From an uncultured archaeon (GTDB lineage Archaea; Iainarchaeota; Iainarchaeia; Iainarchaeales; DATDZZ01), in NCBI GenBank assembly GCA_964373795.1, contig CAYJVY010000004.1, positions 60,001 through 92,000 of the forward strand: a stretch of 32,000 nt of DNA. Direction: 5' to 3'. Each line of letters starts with the position of its first letter. Position 1 is the first letter of the stretch. Shown here piece by piece: positions 1 to 8,847 of this stretch. Made by a program: the position numbers and the translations under genes. Under the pieces are notes generated by a model. That model was not told the origin of the DNA, searched no databases, and worked only from the letters and a program-made list of their open reading frames with translations.

Positions 1-485
1 TTTGAAGACAAATTTTTTCCCTTCTTAATTATTAATACTCCTCTATGTTCAATTGTGTGAACAAATTCAAATTTTTCTTTTAACTTAATTTTTGAATTCA
101 TTTCCTTTGAAAGCTTTCTTCCTTGAACAGTTGTAAGAACTCTTCCAACTCTTCTATCAATAACTATTTTGCAATTTTCATCAACTGTTGCAAAATTTGC
201 TCTTAAAGCAAGGTCTCCATTTTTATATTCTGCTTTACAACCAATTGATTCTAATGGCCCTCTTCCTGTGTGATGCTTAAATGGATCAAATCCAAGCAAA
301 GCAGTTACAGCTACATCTGATTCAGGAGCAATATCTTCTCTAACAGTTATAACTCTTCCATTAACTCCTTTACAAGCTAATTCATCTAAAGCAGGAGTAA
401 AAGCTTTTTCCAAAGGAGTTTTATTTCCAATCGAGGAAATTTTTCTATCCCCTAATCCATCAATTATTACAAAAATGTTTACCAT
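1..485 (-). CDS. apgM: 2,3-bisphosphoglycerate-independent phosphoglycerate mutase, archaeal ApgM type (N-terminal part; gene runs off the window edge)
   Basis: Not in the ORF track. My translation from ATG (complement of 483-485): MVNIFVIIDGLGDRKISSIGNKTPLEKAFTPALDELACKGVNGRVITVREDIAPESDVAVTALLGFDPFKHHTGRGPLESIGCKAEYKNGDLALRANFATV...DRRVGR. The DGLGD, PxSD, TGRGPLE and RxNFATV blocks are typical of the ApgM N-terminus. Confidence 0.8.
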   Translation of the reverse strand, partial: MVNIFVIIDGLGDRKISSIGNKTPLEKAFTPALDELACKGVNGRVITVREDIAPESDVAVTALLGFDPFKHHTGRGPLESIGCKAEYKNGDLALRANFATVDENCKIVIDRRVGRVLTTVQGRKLSKEMNSKIKLKEKFEFVHTIEHRGVLIIKKGKNLSS

Positions 486-542
486 TTACTTAAACAAAAA
501 AGAAAATTGTTTAAATAGTTAATTACAAAGCATTTTTCGAGT

Positions 543-908
543 TTAAATAAGTTCGTACTTTAATTCAGTTCCCTTTGCATTCATTACTCTAAAAGAATTA
601 TCAGTAAAAGGAAAAGCAATAATAATGTGAATTACTCCTAATCTTGAAAATAAATTCAAATCAGCATTTGAAGGAAGATTAATATAACTTGGATGAGAAT
701 GAATTGATCCAATAATTGTTGAATCAAAAGGCATTAAATCCAATCTAATAGAAGAAAAATCCTCTCCAAAAGTTGCTGGCAAAACAACTAATTCTTCAAC
801 TATTTTTTGATCTTCTTTTCCTCCTAATAATGAAATAAATTCATTTGGGTAAACACTTTTAGAAGCAGTTTTAATTGATTCAAATAAAGATTTTTTAATT
901 TTCCACAT
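543..908 (-). CDS. Minimal single-domain JAB/MPN (JAMM) metalloprotease
   Basis: 121 aa. E23 followed by GSIHSHPSYINLPSNAD fits the JAMM zinc site E-x(n)-H-x-H-x7-S-x2-D. Confidence 0.75.
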   Translation of the reverse strand: MWKIKKSLFESIKTASKSVYPNEFISLLGGKEDQKIVEELVVLPATFGEDFSSIRLDLMPFDSTIIGSIHSHPSYINLPSNADLNLFSRLGVIHIIIAFPFTDNSFRVMNAKGTELKYELI

Positions 909-967
909 TTTCTCACTAACTCAAATTAATGCAATATTCTTAAATAAATTGATTCAAGGTTTTTCTA

Positions 968-2206
968 ATGAATTTATCAAATAAAAAAATTGCTTTAATA
1001 CTTTTTGCACTTGCATTAATCAGTTTAACTTCGCTTGGCTTTTTTTTCCGCGCAACATTTACTTACTGGTTCTTCACAGGAACAAGTATTGGAAAAACCT
1101 TTCTATTCTTTTTATTTGCAGGAATTGTTTACTTAACTCCTTGGGAAAAAATTAACTCCAACAAAATATGGATTTTCAATTCATTACATGTATTCATTGC
1201 CTCAATTTTCATTTTATACTTTTTAAGTACTTTTGGATTTTTTTTAACTTTAAATGAATACTCGATTGAAAAGATTTTCACAAATTCAAATAACACTTGG
1301 ATTTTATCTTACTATGAAGAATCATTTATTTCAATAAACTGGCTTGGATTAATTCACAATCATTATTTGAAGCCAATAATTTCTCCAATAACTTTTTTCT
1401 TAAAAGACTTTGCATTTGATTCTGCATTACCATTAGCATCATTAGTGAAAAAAGAAATTCTAATAGTTGCATTTCCATTTTTAATTCTTGCAATTATTGC
1501 TTTAATTAAATCTCTTAAAACAAAAAAAGAAGACAAGTTATTTTTTTTATACATTTTGAATGGCTTTGGATTGCTCACCTCAACCCTAGATGGAGGGCTA
1601 ATTTCAGCAATAACTCAAATAAATGTAACAATTTTTTTAATCCTCTTATTAAATGATTTTTTATCAAATAATAAAAATTTTCCAGTATTAATTAAAGAAC
1701 CAATTATTAGAGCCATAACGTTTTTACTTGCATCAATTATTTCTCTTCAAATATTTAAGTGGCTATCAATAACTTTTTTAGGAGAACCTCCCATTTTCCA
1801 TGAATTTGTTTTAATCCCAACAACATTTATTTCAATATTAATTGCCTCATTGGAAGAAAGCAAATTCAAATATTCAAAATATTTTCTCTTCATATTATCC
1901 TTGATAATAATTTTAATAGCGTTTTATAATTACAGTGAACTATTTAATTCAAATCAATTAATTGATTCAATTGAAAAAACTGAAATAACCGAAGCTTACT
2001 TTAAAGTATTAAATAATTTTCAAGAAAACGAGTTAAGTGCTTCATTAGAAAAGCTTGGAAAGCATTCAAAATTAGGAGAAAAAACTTATTTCATTGAATT
2101 TAATTCAAAAAAAACAATTAAAGAGTTTTTTAAAGAAATGAAAAACAATGGATTTAAAATAATCATTTTTACTAACTCTAAGTGGAACTCGACAACTCTA
2201 GAATGA
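968..2206 (+). CDS. Polytopic membrane protein with soluble C-terminal domain, unknown function
   Basis: 412 aa ORF with many hydrophobic segments over about 330 aa, then a K/E-rich soluble tail. No motif recognised. Confidence 0.55.
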   Translation: MNLSNKKIALILFALALISLTSLGFFFRATFTYWFFTGTSIGKTFLFFLFAGIVYLTPWEKINSNKIWIFNSLHVFIASIFILYFLSTFGFFLTLNEYSIEKIFTNSNNTWILSYYEESFISINWLGLIHNHYLKPIISPITFFLKDFAFDSALPLASLVKKEILIVAFPFLILAIIALIKSLKTKKEDKLFFLYILNGFGLLTSTLDGGLISAITQINVTIFLILLLNDFLSNNKNFPVLIKEPIIRAITFLLASIISLQIFKWLSITFLGEPPIFHEFVLIPTTFISILIASLEESKFKYSKYFLFILSLIIILIAFYNYSELFNSNQLIDSIEKTEITEAYFKVLNNFQENELSASLEKLGKHSKLGEKTYFIEFNSKKTIKEFFKEMKNNGFKIIIFTNSKWNSTTLE

Positions 2207-3878
2207 TAATCCAATTTCCTTGTTGAAATAATTTTTTGCCACACTTATTTTCTTCAATTTCATTATTTAGGTTAGTTAAAAAATTATTTTCATCAAATTC
2301 CTGCAAAATATTGTTTGAATTAAAGAAAACTATTCTATTCACTTTTTGATTATAAAGAAATTCACAAGAGCCAGAAGGAAACCCATCAAAAGAAAAAAAA
2401 TCCAGAATAAATGTATTCTCTAAGCCCAATAAAATCGGATTATATACGTTAGCAAAAAAAACTTTAGAAGAAAAATTATTTGGAATAAATTCATGTAATG
2501 CTTTAACGTAAGAATTTGAGTAAATTGACTCCGAGTTATTTAACAAATCAATTGCATTAGGAGAAATTACTATAACTGAATAAAAAAGTCCTAAAACAAA
2601 AACCAGTTTAGCTATATTTGAATATACGGTTTTTTCAAAAATAATTGAAGAAAAATATTTTCCCGCTAAAACACAAATCAATGCATATAAAGGCAAAAAA
2701 TATCGATAAGTAGATCCAAAAACAAATTCATTCACTTTGCCAAAACTTAAAATAATGAAAAAAATACTTATAAAAAAGGCTAAAAAAAGCGCATTCTTTC
2801 TTAAGTTTTTTGAAAAAAAAGCTAAAATGAAAAAAACAATTACAGGAATAAAATACAAACTTGTAAAAGCAATTAACAACTTATTTAAAACAATAAAAAA
2901 TAAATTAATCAATGGAGCCGATTGCGAAGGAATGCTTGAATATTTGGAATATAACCAAAGCAATGAACTTATTTTTGAAATAAAAAAGAATGAAGAAAAA
3001 ACAACAACTAAAGAAAAATACATCAATACCTCTTTGAGTTTCTTTGATTTAAGTAAAACAAAAACCAACAGAATTAGCAAAAAAACTAATCCAATAAATT
3101 TAGTTAAAATCATTGAAACTGCAAAAAAAACACTTAAAACAAAAAATGCTCTTTGTTGTTTTCTAAAATAAAGTTGAATAAAGTAGAAACTAATCAAAAA
3201 ATTCATTGTCAAAAATAAATCTGAAAGAAAACTATGTGATAAAAAGAAAACTGCCGAAGACAATCCAAAAAAAATCGAGGCAAACCAGTTATTTTTTTTA
3301 TCCTCAAGATTAGTTAATAAATAAATAATAAACAAAGTAAAAAGAAAAATAAATGCAGGAATTGACTTCCACATGAAAATGGAAAACATTCTAGTTAAGC
3401 CAGTAATTGATTCAAATAGTAATGGATATGTGTTTGCAATTACCTTAAATCCATTTAATTGCTCTTGATAGAAAGGCATTTTTCCATTTATGGAAAACTC
3501 ATTTATTAAAGGCAAGTGATAAGAAAGAGAATCAAAATGTAAATCTAAAGAAAAAAACAAAATAAATATTGAAAGAAAAAATAAAATAAAAATAAATATA
3601 ATAAAAGGATTTAAAAAAAACCGGAAATTAATTGAAAAAACATGTTTTAAGTTATTGAAATTTAATAAAAACAAAATCAAAAAAATTAAAGAAACAAAGT
3701 AAATAATAAAAATATTTATTGGAAGAAAAAAAGAAGTAAAATAAAAAATCAATCCAATTAAAGAAATTGAAACTGGAAAACACAAAACCACTATTTCCTT
3801 TTTTTCTAATTTTAAATAATTTAATAATATGATTCCTGGAATGAAAAAGAGTAAGATAAACAGAATTAATTCAACCAT
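2178..3878 (-). CDS. Large polytopic membrane protein with C-terminal soluble domain; possibly a GT-C-type glycosyltransferase (weak)
   Basis: 566 aa with more than 10 predicted hydrophobic helices followed by a soluble domain of about 130 aa. This resembles the PMT/ArnT-like layout. No WWDxG (AglB) motif seen. Confidence 0.5.
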   Translation of the reverse strand: MVELILFILLFFIPGIILLNYLKLEKKEIVVLCFPVSISLIGLIFYFTSFFLPINIFIIYFVSLIFLILFLLNFNNLKHVFSINFRFFLNPFIIFIFILFFLSIFILFFSLDLHFDSLSYHLPLINEFSINGKMPFYQEQLNGFKVIANTYPLLFESITGLTRMFSIFMWKSIPAFIFLFTLFIIYLLTNLEDKKNNWFASIFFGLSSAVFFLSHSFLSDLFLTMNFLISFYFIQLYFRKQQRAFFVLSVFFAVSMILTKFIGLVFLLILLVFVLLKSKKLKEVLMYFSLVVVFSSFFFISKISSLLWLYSKYSSIPSQSAPLINLFFIVLNKLLIAFTSLYFIPVIVFFILAFFSKNLRKNALFLAFFISIFFIILSFGKVNEFVFGSTYRYFLPLYALICVLAGKYFSSIIFEKTVYSNIAKLVFVLGLFYSVIVISPNAIDLLNNSESIYSNSYVKALHEFIPNNFSSKVFFANVYNPILLGLENTFILDFFSFDGFPSGSCEFLYNQKVNRIVFFNSNNILQEFDENNFLTNLNNEIEENKCGKKLFQQGNWIIILELSSST

Positions 3879-3908
3879 ACTAAGTATTTAATTAGGTAAA
3901 CATTTAAC

Positions 3909-5102
3909 TTAATTTGTTAAGTAAAACACTAACACTGGAAAAATTAAAAAAGCCATTAAATGAGTTCTTCTAATTCCATTGCTTATAGGAATTAAGCCAA
4001 TAAAAGTTGAAATAACTAATACAATTAATCCAATCAAATTAGTTAAAAAAGTTGCAAGCATTAAAACAAAAATTAATGAAAATAAATTCAATTGAAAATA
4101 ATTAATTTGTTCAATTAATTTAATTGCTTTAAAAGAAATCAAGTAAACTAAAATAGTTGAAAACCCAATTGCAAAAATAATTGTAAACAAAATAAATAAA
4201 ACATCTAAGTCATTTAATTGAAGAAGACTTTTTACCGCTAAAGCAGCTCCTGTCCTTGTCTTCCCAATAAAATACAATGAAAAAAATCCAAAAATGGCAT
4301 TAACAGTATTAATGCCTCCTAAAATAATTAAATAGTGGGAACGACTTATTTGTTTAAAAAATTGTTGCACTAAAAAACTTGCTTCACTTGGCCCTATTCC
4401 TGGAAAAATCGAAACAATTAATCCTGCAATTGAACTAATAAGAGTACATAAAAAAATAACTTTTCCATTATATGAATCATAGCTAAAAACTTGTTTTTTA
4501 ATAAAAGTTTTTTTAGTTAAACTATATAAAAGATTACTTAAACCAAAAAAACCAGTTATCACAACAAATAAACCATTTTGAACTTCAATTAAATTCCTTA
4601 AAACAATTATTCCTAAAAAAGAGGCTAAAAAAATTACGATTAACGAAATTAATTTTTTCTTATTATCTTCTTCAGAAAAAACCATTAAGAAAAGAGTTAA
4701 ACCTAAAACAACTGGAATTAAAAACTTGAAAAAAGAAAAAAATTTAATTAAAAATAATCCATAAAATGGAATTAAAAAAATTGAGAACACTCCTGCAAAC
4801 AAACCTCCCAAAGCAGTTAATTTAATTGCATACAATCCTCTTCCTTTCAAGAAATAGTGATGTCCTGGAAGAATTGATAAAAAAGTATCATCTGAAGGCG
4901 CACCTAATAAAATGCTTGGAATAAAGTCAAGAAAAGAATGAGTTACACTTAAAGCTACAATAAATAAGACTAAATGCAAATTATTTTCAGAAGCAAAAAG
5001 TAAAACCAAAAGAGAAATAGTATTAACATGAATTCCTGGAAGCAAACCTGTAAAAATTCCTGCAATGCATCCTAAAAAAATCCATGAAAGCAATTCAATC
5101 AT
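3909..5102 (-). CDS. DUF112 / TctA-like integral membrane permease
   Basis: 397 aa. The N-terminal GIFTGLLPGIHVNT and LLGAPSDDTFLSILPGHHYFLKGRG blocks resemble the TctA/DUF112 family. Its start overlaps the stop of the upstream OB-fold gene by 8 nt. Confidence 0.6.
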   Translation of the reverse strand: MIELLSWIFLGCIAGIFTGLLPGIHVNTISLLVLLFASENNLHLVLFIVALSVTHSFLDFIPSILLGAPSDDTFLSILPGHHYFLKGRGLYAIKLTALGGLFAGVFSIFLIPFYGLFLIKFFSFFKFLIPVVLGLTLFLMVFSEEDNKKKLISLIVIFLASFLGIIVLRNLIEVQNGLFVVITGFFGLSNLLYSLTKKTFIKKQVFSYDSYNGKVIFLCTLISSIAGLIVSIFPGIGPSEASFLVQQFFKQISRSHYLIILGGINTVNAIFGFFSLYFIGKTRTGAALAVKSLLQLNDLDVLFILFTIIFAIGFSTILVYLISFKAIKLIEQINYFQLNLFSLIFVLMLATFLTNLIGLIVLVISTFIGLIPISNGIRRTHLMAFLIFPVLVFYLTN

Positions 5103-5469
5103 TTAATTTCACTTCATTTGCAGTTAACTGAATCTCTCCTTTAAATAAATCAATTTTTCCAGTAACAGTTACAAATGGCTTGAGCTTAATTAGTTGAATT
5201 TGTTCTTGAGTCGGATTAAATATAACTACATTTAGTTTTCCCAAATTAAATAAATCAAAAACAATTAGTTTTTCTTTAAATGAATATGAAACAATTTTTC
5301 CTTGAATTCTAACATTCTCTCCAACATTATGTTTTCCTAAATCTTTAATCAAATAATCTTTTGGTTGAGTAAAAAAATAAAGTAATACAATTAAAATTAG
5401 TCCAATAAATGAAATGCCCAACGCGATTCTAGAAATTAATAAATCATTTAATTCCATAAAAGAATTCAA
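5095..5469 (-). CDS. Membrane-anchored OB-fold (tRNA_anti-like nucleic-acid-binding fold) protein
   Basis: 124 aa. One N-terminal TM helix (IALGISFIGLILIVLLYFF) precedes VRIQGKIVSYSFKEKLIVFDLFNLGKLNVVIF...VTVTGKIDLFKGEIQLTANEVKL, a typical OB-fold beta-barrel pattern. Confidence 0.55.
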   Translation of the reverse strand: MNSFMELNDLLISRIALGISFIGLILIVLLYFFTQPKDYLIKDLGKHNVGENVRIQGKIVSYSFKEKLIVFDLFNLGKLNVVIFNPTQEQIQLIKLKPFVTVTGKIDLFKGEIQLTANEVKLND

Positions 5470-5547
5470 AAAAAATAGAGTTAAAATACTTCACAAAAGT
5501 TAGTTGAATGACGAAAGAAAAATAACACTAAAACGACAAGTGCAAGG

Positions 5548-6111
5548 TTATTCAATTACTTTTTCGGGTTTTCTTGAGAAAATAGATTGATTTAATGCGA
5601 CTTTCACTTTTTCCCCTAGTTTAAATTTTTTATTTGACGCAACTATGTATTTGCCTGCAGGCAAAAAAGAACCAAAATCAAAGGAAGTTTGAATTACAGT
5701 TGTATTTTTATCTGAAACTAATACTTTTCCATAAACAAAGTTTTTTCGAAATAAAAAGTAATAAAAAAATATGAATAAAATAAATACAATTATCCAAGCA
5801 ACGATAAAATTTGATTTAAAGAATAAATCTGAAGAAAAATTAATTAAAAAAGTTATTTGAACCGAAACAAGTAAACCAATAAAGAAAACAATTGCTTGAA
5901 TTTTTTCTTCTTTCAACTCATTTTTTAATGCAAAGAAAAGTAAAACTAAATAAATCAGTGAAAATAAAATTTGAGTTAAAATTAGTGATCCTTGAAAGAA
6001 ATAATCTGCAAACCCGTTTAATAAAATTGCAATTAAGATAATTTGAAGTTTTAAAACTAGGAAGGCTTTGTCATCGAAATCTGTAAAATATTTTTTGAAA
6101 AGTTCTTTCAA
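5548..6111 (-). CDS. Membrane protein (4-5 TM) with small soluble C-terminal beta domain, unknown function
   Basis: 187 aa ORF, hydrophobic core, same strand as and immediately downstream of the pilin-like genes. Confidence 0.5.
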   Translation of the reverse strand: MKELFKKYFTDFDDKAFLVLKLQIILIAILLNGFADYFFQGSLILTQILFSLIYLVLLFFALKNELKEEKIQAIVFFIGLLVSVQITFLINFSSDLFFKSNFIVAWIIVFILFIFFYYFLFRKNFVYGKVLVSDKNTTVIQTSFDFGSFLPAGKYIVASNKKFKLGEKVKVALNQSIFSRKPEKVIE

Positions 6112-6126
6112 TTAAATCACTTCAAA

Positions 6127-6504
6127 TTAAACGATTTTAATTGTTACGCTGCCATATTTTGATGAATTAGCAATTTCTGAAGATAAGTCGTTTACAATTT
6201 TGGATTTCAGTATTGAAACTTCAGGATTAGAAGAAAAATCAGTGGGAACAAAATAAAGATTTAAAACCAAATTTGATTTAGTTGTAGAAGAATCGATTTC
6301 CGCTTTTTTTAAAATATATAATTCATTTGATTCACTTAAAATTCCTGTAACCTTTGTTTTAACTTTTGCTAAAATAAAAGTGTCTTCATTAACATTAACC
6401 CATAAAGAAATTACAATCAAAGATACAATCATTATAAAGGCAGTAGCTAAAAGTAATTCAAAACTTGCTTGTCCTTTTACATTCCATTTAAACTTCTTCA
6501 ACAT
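6127..6504 (-). CDS. Class III signal-peptide (type IV pilin-like) protein
   Basis: The track start at 6519 is GTG; the ATG at 6504 gives MLKKFKWNVKG|QASFELLLATAFIMIVSLIV. This has a K-G|Q prepilin cleavage site, Glu at +5 and a hydrophobic helix. Confidence 0.7.
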   Translation of the reverse strand: MLKKFKWNVKGQASFELLLATAFIMIVSLIVISLWVNVNEDTFILAKVKTKVTGILSESNELYILKKAEIDSSTTKSNLVLNLYFVPTDFSSNPEVSILKSKIVNDLSSEIANSSKYGSVTIKIV

Positions 6505-7003
6505 GGGTTGTAGCTCCACTTTTTCTAATCTTTAATTTAACTAGTTTTCCATTTTCAGGAGAAGTGGAAATTTCTGTTGAACTACCACTTAATTTACTGC
6601 AGTCAAGTGAAGTGGCATTAACTGTTTTCATTTTTTTAGTGCATTTTGAATCAGATGAATCTCCATCTTGAGCACAAAAAGTTCCCTGAGCAGGAGAATT
6701 TAAATTTAATTCAAAACTAATTTCTCTACTAGAGGTACATTTAAGCAAAGAATTTGCTGGAAGAAACAATCGTATTTCTTGCTCGGAATTGCTTGGGGAA
6801 AGAGAAATAAAATCAATTGAGTTAACTAGTTTTTCTAAAGAACTATTAATTTGTCCAAGCCTTGAAACATCATCTGTATGCTTGAAGGCATCGCCTAAAA
6901 CTGGTTGAACAACTGTTTGAATATACACTAACATTACAACTAAAATTAAAATAAATTCAATTGAAATTTGGCCTTTTACATTCTTAAAAAAACTATATTC
7001 CAT
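6488..7003 (-). CDS. Class III signal-peptide (type IV pilin-like) protein with four Cys; candidate minor pilin or adhesin
   Basis: MEYSFFKNVKG|QISIEFILILVVMLVYI matches the QxSxExxxL class III signature. The C-terminal domain has 4 Cys (LKCTS, FCAQ, SKCTK, LDCSK). Confidence 0.7.
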   Translation of the reverse strand: MEYSFFKNVKGQISIEFILILVVMLVYIQTVVQPVLGDAFKHTDDVSRLGQINSSLEKLVNSIDFISLSPSNSEQEIRLFLPANSLLKCTSSREISFELNLNSPAQGTFCAQDGDSSDSKCTKKMKTVNATSLDCSKLSGSSTEISTSPENGKLVKLKIRKSGATTHVEEV

Positions 7004-8184
7004 AAAAGATCTCCAATTAAACTTAAAGCAATAAATGCAATCAAGATTGCTGGTGCAAAAGGCACACTTAATTTAATAGTAATTTCATTTTTTAATCTTT
7101 TGTTTTTCACTAATTTTTTTAATTCTGAAAGTTGTTCAAAAGTTATTCCTGCAGCACTTTTAGAGTCAGCTAAAACCTTTCCAGAAGGGTTGAAATGATT
7201 CACTAAAGCTTTAATATTTCCTTTCAATGCAATGGAAAAAATTTCTCCAAAATTCAATGGATTCAAAACAAATGGCTTGTTTTTTCTTAAAACAATTGAT
7301 TCAACTGAAATATCCCCTTCCTTTAAATCAGTTATTTTAATTTTCTTTTGCAAAACTTTTCTACTAAGTGAAAAAAACTTAATTAAAGTAATTAAAGCAG
7401 TGAATAACAAAAATAATGAAAACGCATTAAACAAAAATTCAGGTAAAACAGTAATTCCTTGAATTAGCACTGTTGCAATGAAGACAAGTAAAACTAAAAG
7501 TAATTGCAATGTTCGCGGAAGCTTGCTGATTAAAAAAAGTAAAATTAATGCAATTAAAAATTCAAATAAAAAAACAAATTGAGTGAAAAACAATTTGAAA
7601 TTAATTAATGAATTCACAAAATTAATTCCTTTAAATAAAATAATTAATTCAATTAATTGAATTAATCGCTTCAATGCATTTGAATAAAAGTCTTTCATTA
7701 ATTCTTTTTGCAAATCTTTTCTTTGAATAAAACCAATTAAAGTAATTCCAAATCCATAAGGAAAAACTGCAAATAAGCTAAAGAAAAACAGTGAAACAAA
7801 AAATAAAGGAAAATTTATTACTGAAAACAATTTTTCATTCAAGTTAAGCATGCTGCCCAGAAAAAAATAATTAACTGGATTTAAGGCAGTTAAAGCAGAA
7901 AAAAGTTTTACATCTCCTCCAGCCCACACTCCGATTTTCCAAAAAAACCATGCAAAAACAAAAGCAGAAATTAAAGCAATCAATGAATTAAATAAAAAAG
8001 AAAAATTGTTTTGCATGATAGAAAAAATTAAATGAAGAAAAATTCCTGCAATTGCTAAAGAATAAGTTAACTTGTTTGGAACAATTCTTTCCTTTAAATC
8101 AGTATAAGTTGCTATAAGCAAACCTGCAACCGAAACTAAAAAAATAATTCCTGAAAATAATAAAGTCATTAAAAAAAAGAGCAA
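6976..8184 (-). CDS. Prepilin/preflagellin peptidase, A24 family (PibD/EppA-like), with a large insertion
   Basis: 402 aa. First catalytic Asp lies in ATYTD(29)LKERIVPN and the second in WAGGD(91)VKLF (GxGD-type). The C-terminal LSVPFAPAILIA resembles the PilD-family terminal PFGP motif. Confidence 0.8.
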   Translation of the reverse strand: MLFFLMTLLFSGIIFLVSVAGLLIATYTDLKERIVPNKLTYSLAIAGIFLHLIFSIMQNNFSFLFNSLIALISAFVFAWFFWKIGVWAGGDVKLFSALTALNPVNYFFLGSMLNLNEKLFSVINFPLFFVSLFFFSLFAVFPYGFGITLIGFIQRKDLQKELMKDFYSNALKRLIQLIELIILFKGINFVNSLINFKLFFTQFVFLFEFLIALILLFLISKLPRTLQLLLVLLVFIATVLIQGITVLPEFLFNAFSLFLLFTALITLIKFFSLSRKVLQKKIKITDLKEGDISVESIVLRKNKPFVLNPLNFGEIFSIALKGNIKALVNHFNPSGKVLADSKSAAGITFEQLSELKKLVKNKRLKNEITIKLSVPFAPAILIAFIALSLIGDLLWNIVFLRM

Positions 8185-8262
8185 AGTGCATTTTTTAACT
8201 AAATGCTTTAAAAAAATGTTTTCATATCGGAATTCAGTATTACTAAATGAGGAGGAAATAAA

Positions 8263-8451
8263 ATGAAAAAATTAATTATATTATTAGTTTTAGTTTCTTT
8301 TCTATTTGCCGGATGTGTTTACACTGATCAACCATACTATAACACGGCAAACAATGTTGAAGACACTCCATTAACACATACAAGTATAGATAATGAAATC
8401 AGTGATGAAGCCAGTGATGAAATAAAAAATGAGGCTTTAACAGAACCTTAA
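8263..8451 (+). CDS. Small acidic putative lipoprotein
   Basis: MKKLIILLVLVSFLFAG|C is a signal peptide plus lipobox-like L-F-A-G-C. A GAGGAGG Shine-Dalgarno sits 6-12 nt upstream. The mature part is D/E-rich. Confidence 0.55.
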   Translation: MKKLIILLVLVSFLFAGCVYTDQPYYNTANNVEDTPLTHTSIDNEISDEASDEIKNEALTEP

Positions 8452-8469
8452 TTCATGAATTAAATAAGG

Positions 8470-8476
8470 TTTTTTT
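8470..8476 (+). terminator. Oligo-T tract between convergent genes (candidate archaeal terminator)
   Basis: A T7 run lies 19 nt after the lipoprotein stop, in the 23-nt gap before the convergent pilin gene. Confidence 0.3.
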
Positions 8477-8648
8477 AGTTTCCTAAAAAAGCTGAAATTG
8501 CTTTTAACCTGAAATCAAATATTTTTCCTTGAGCTGCGGCAGCTATATCTCTTATTTGCAAGGCAAGAGTTGCAGCAATTAAAGCCAAAACAATGCTAAA
8601 TAAAACAGTTAACAAGTATTCTATTGAAACCTGGGCTTTTTCATCCAT
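8475..8648 (-). CDS. Mini type IV pilin (class III signal peptide), 57 aa
   Basis: Not in the ORF track. My translation: MDEKA|QVSIEYLLTVLFSIVLALIAATLALQIRDIAAAAQGKIFDFRLKAISAFLGN. Confidence 0.75.
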   Translation of the reverse strand: MDEKAQVSIEYLLTVLFSIVLALIAATLALQIRDIAAAAQGKIFDFRLKAISAFLGN

Positions 8649-8666
8649 ATAAAATTCTCTTTAAAA

Positions 8667-8843
8667 TTATTTAATATTTAAAGTATTGAAAAGAGTATTA
8701 GTTGCAGAGGAAACCTTGTTCTTAGCTGGCTGAGTTGAATTAAATAAAACAAATGCCACTACTGCTGCAACAAGAATTGCTCCACCTAAAAGTAATAAAT
8801 ACTCTAAAGAACCTTGAGCTTTTTCAGTTAATTGAAAATCCAT
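8667..8843 (-). CDS. Mini type IV pilin (class III signal peptide), 58 aa
   Basis: Not in the ORF track. My translation: MDFQLTEKA|QGSLEYLLLLGGAILVAAVVAFVLFNSTQPAKNKVSSATNTLFNTLNIK. Confidence 0.75.
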   Translation of the reverse strand: MDFQLTEKAQGSLEYLLLLGGAILVAAVVAFVLFNSTQPAKNKVSSATNTLFNTLNIK

Positions 8844-8847
8844 TTAA

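Noticed and set aside
2737-3171. 144-aa K-rich plus-strand ORF
   Set aside because: It is antisense to the 566-aa polytopic membrane protein. Poly-Lys translation is the expected mirror of Phe-rich membrane codons (TTT/AAA).
2178-3878. Possible AglB oligosaccharyltransferase for pilin N-glycosylation
   Set aside because: There is no WWDxG motif or other STT3 signature. Only the generic multi-TM plus soluble-domain layout is shared, so it is left as a membrane protein of unknown function.
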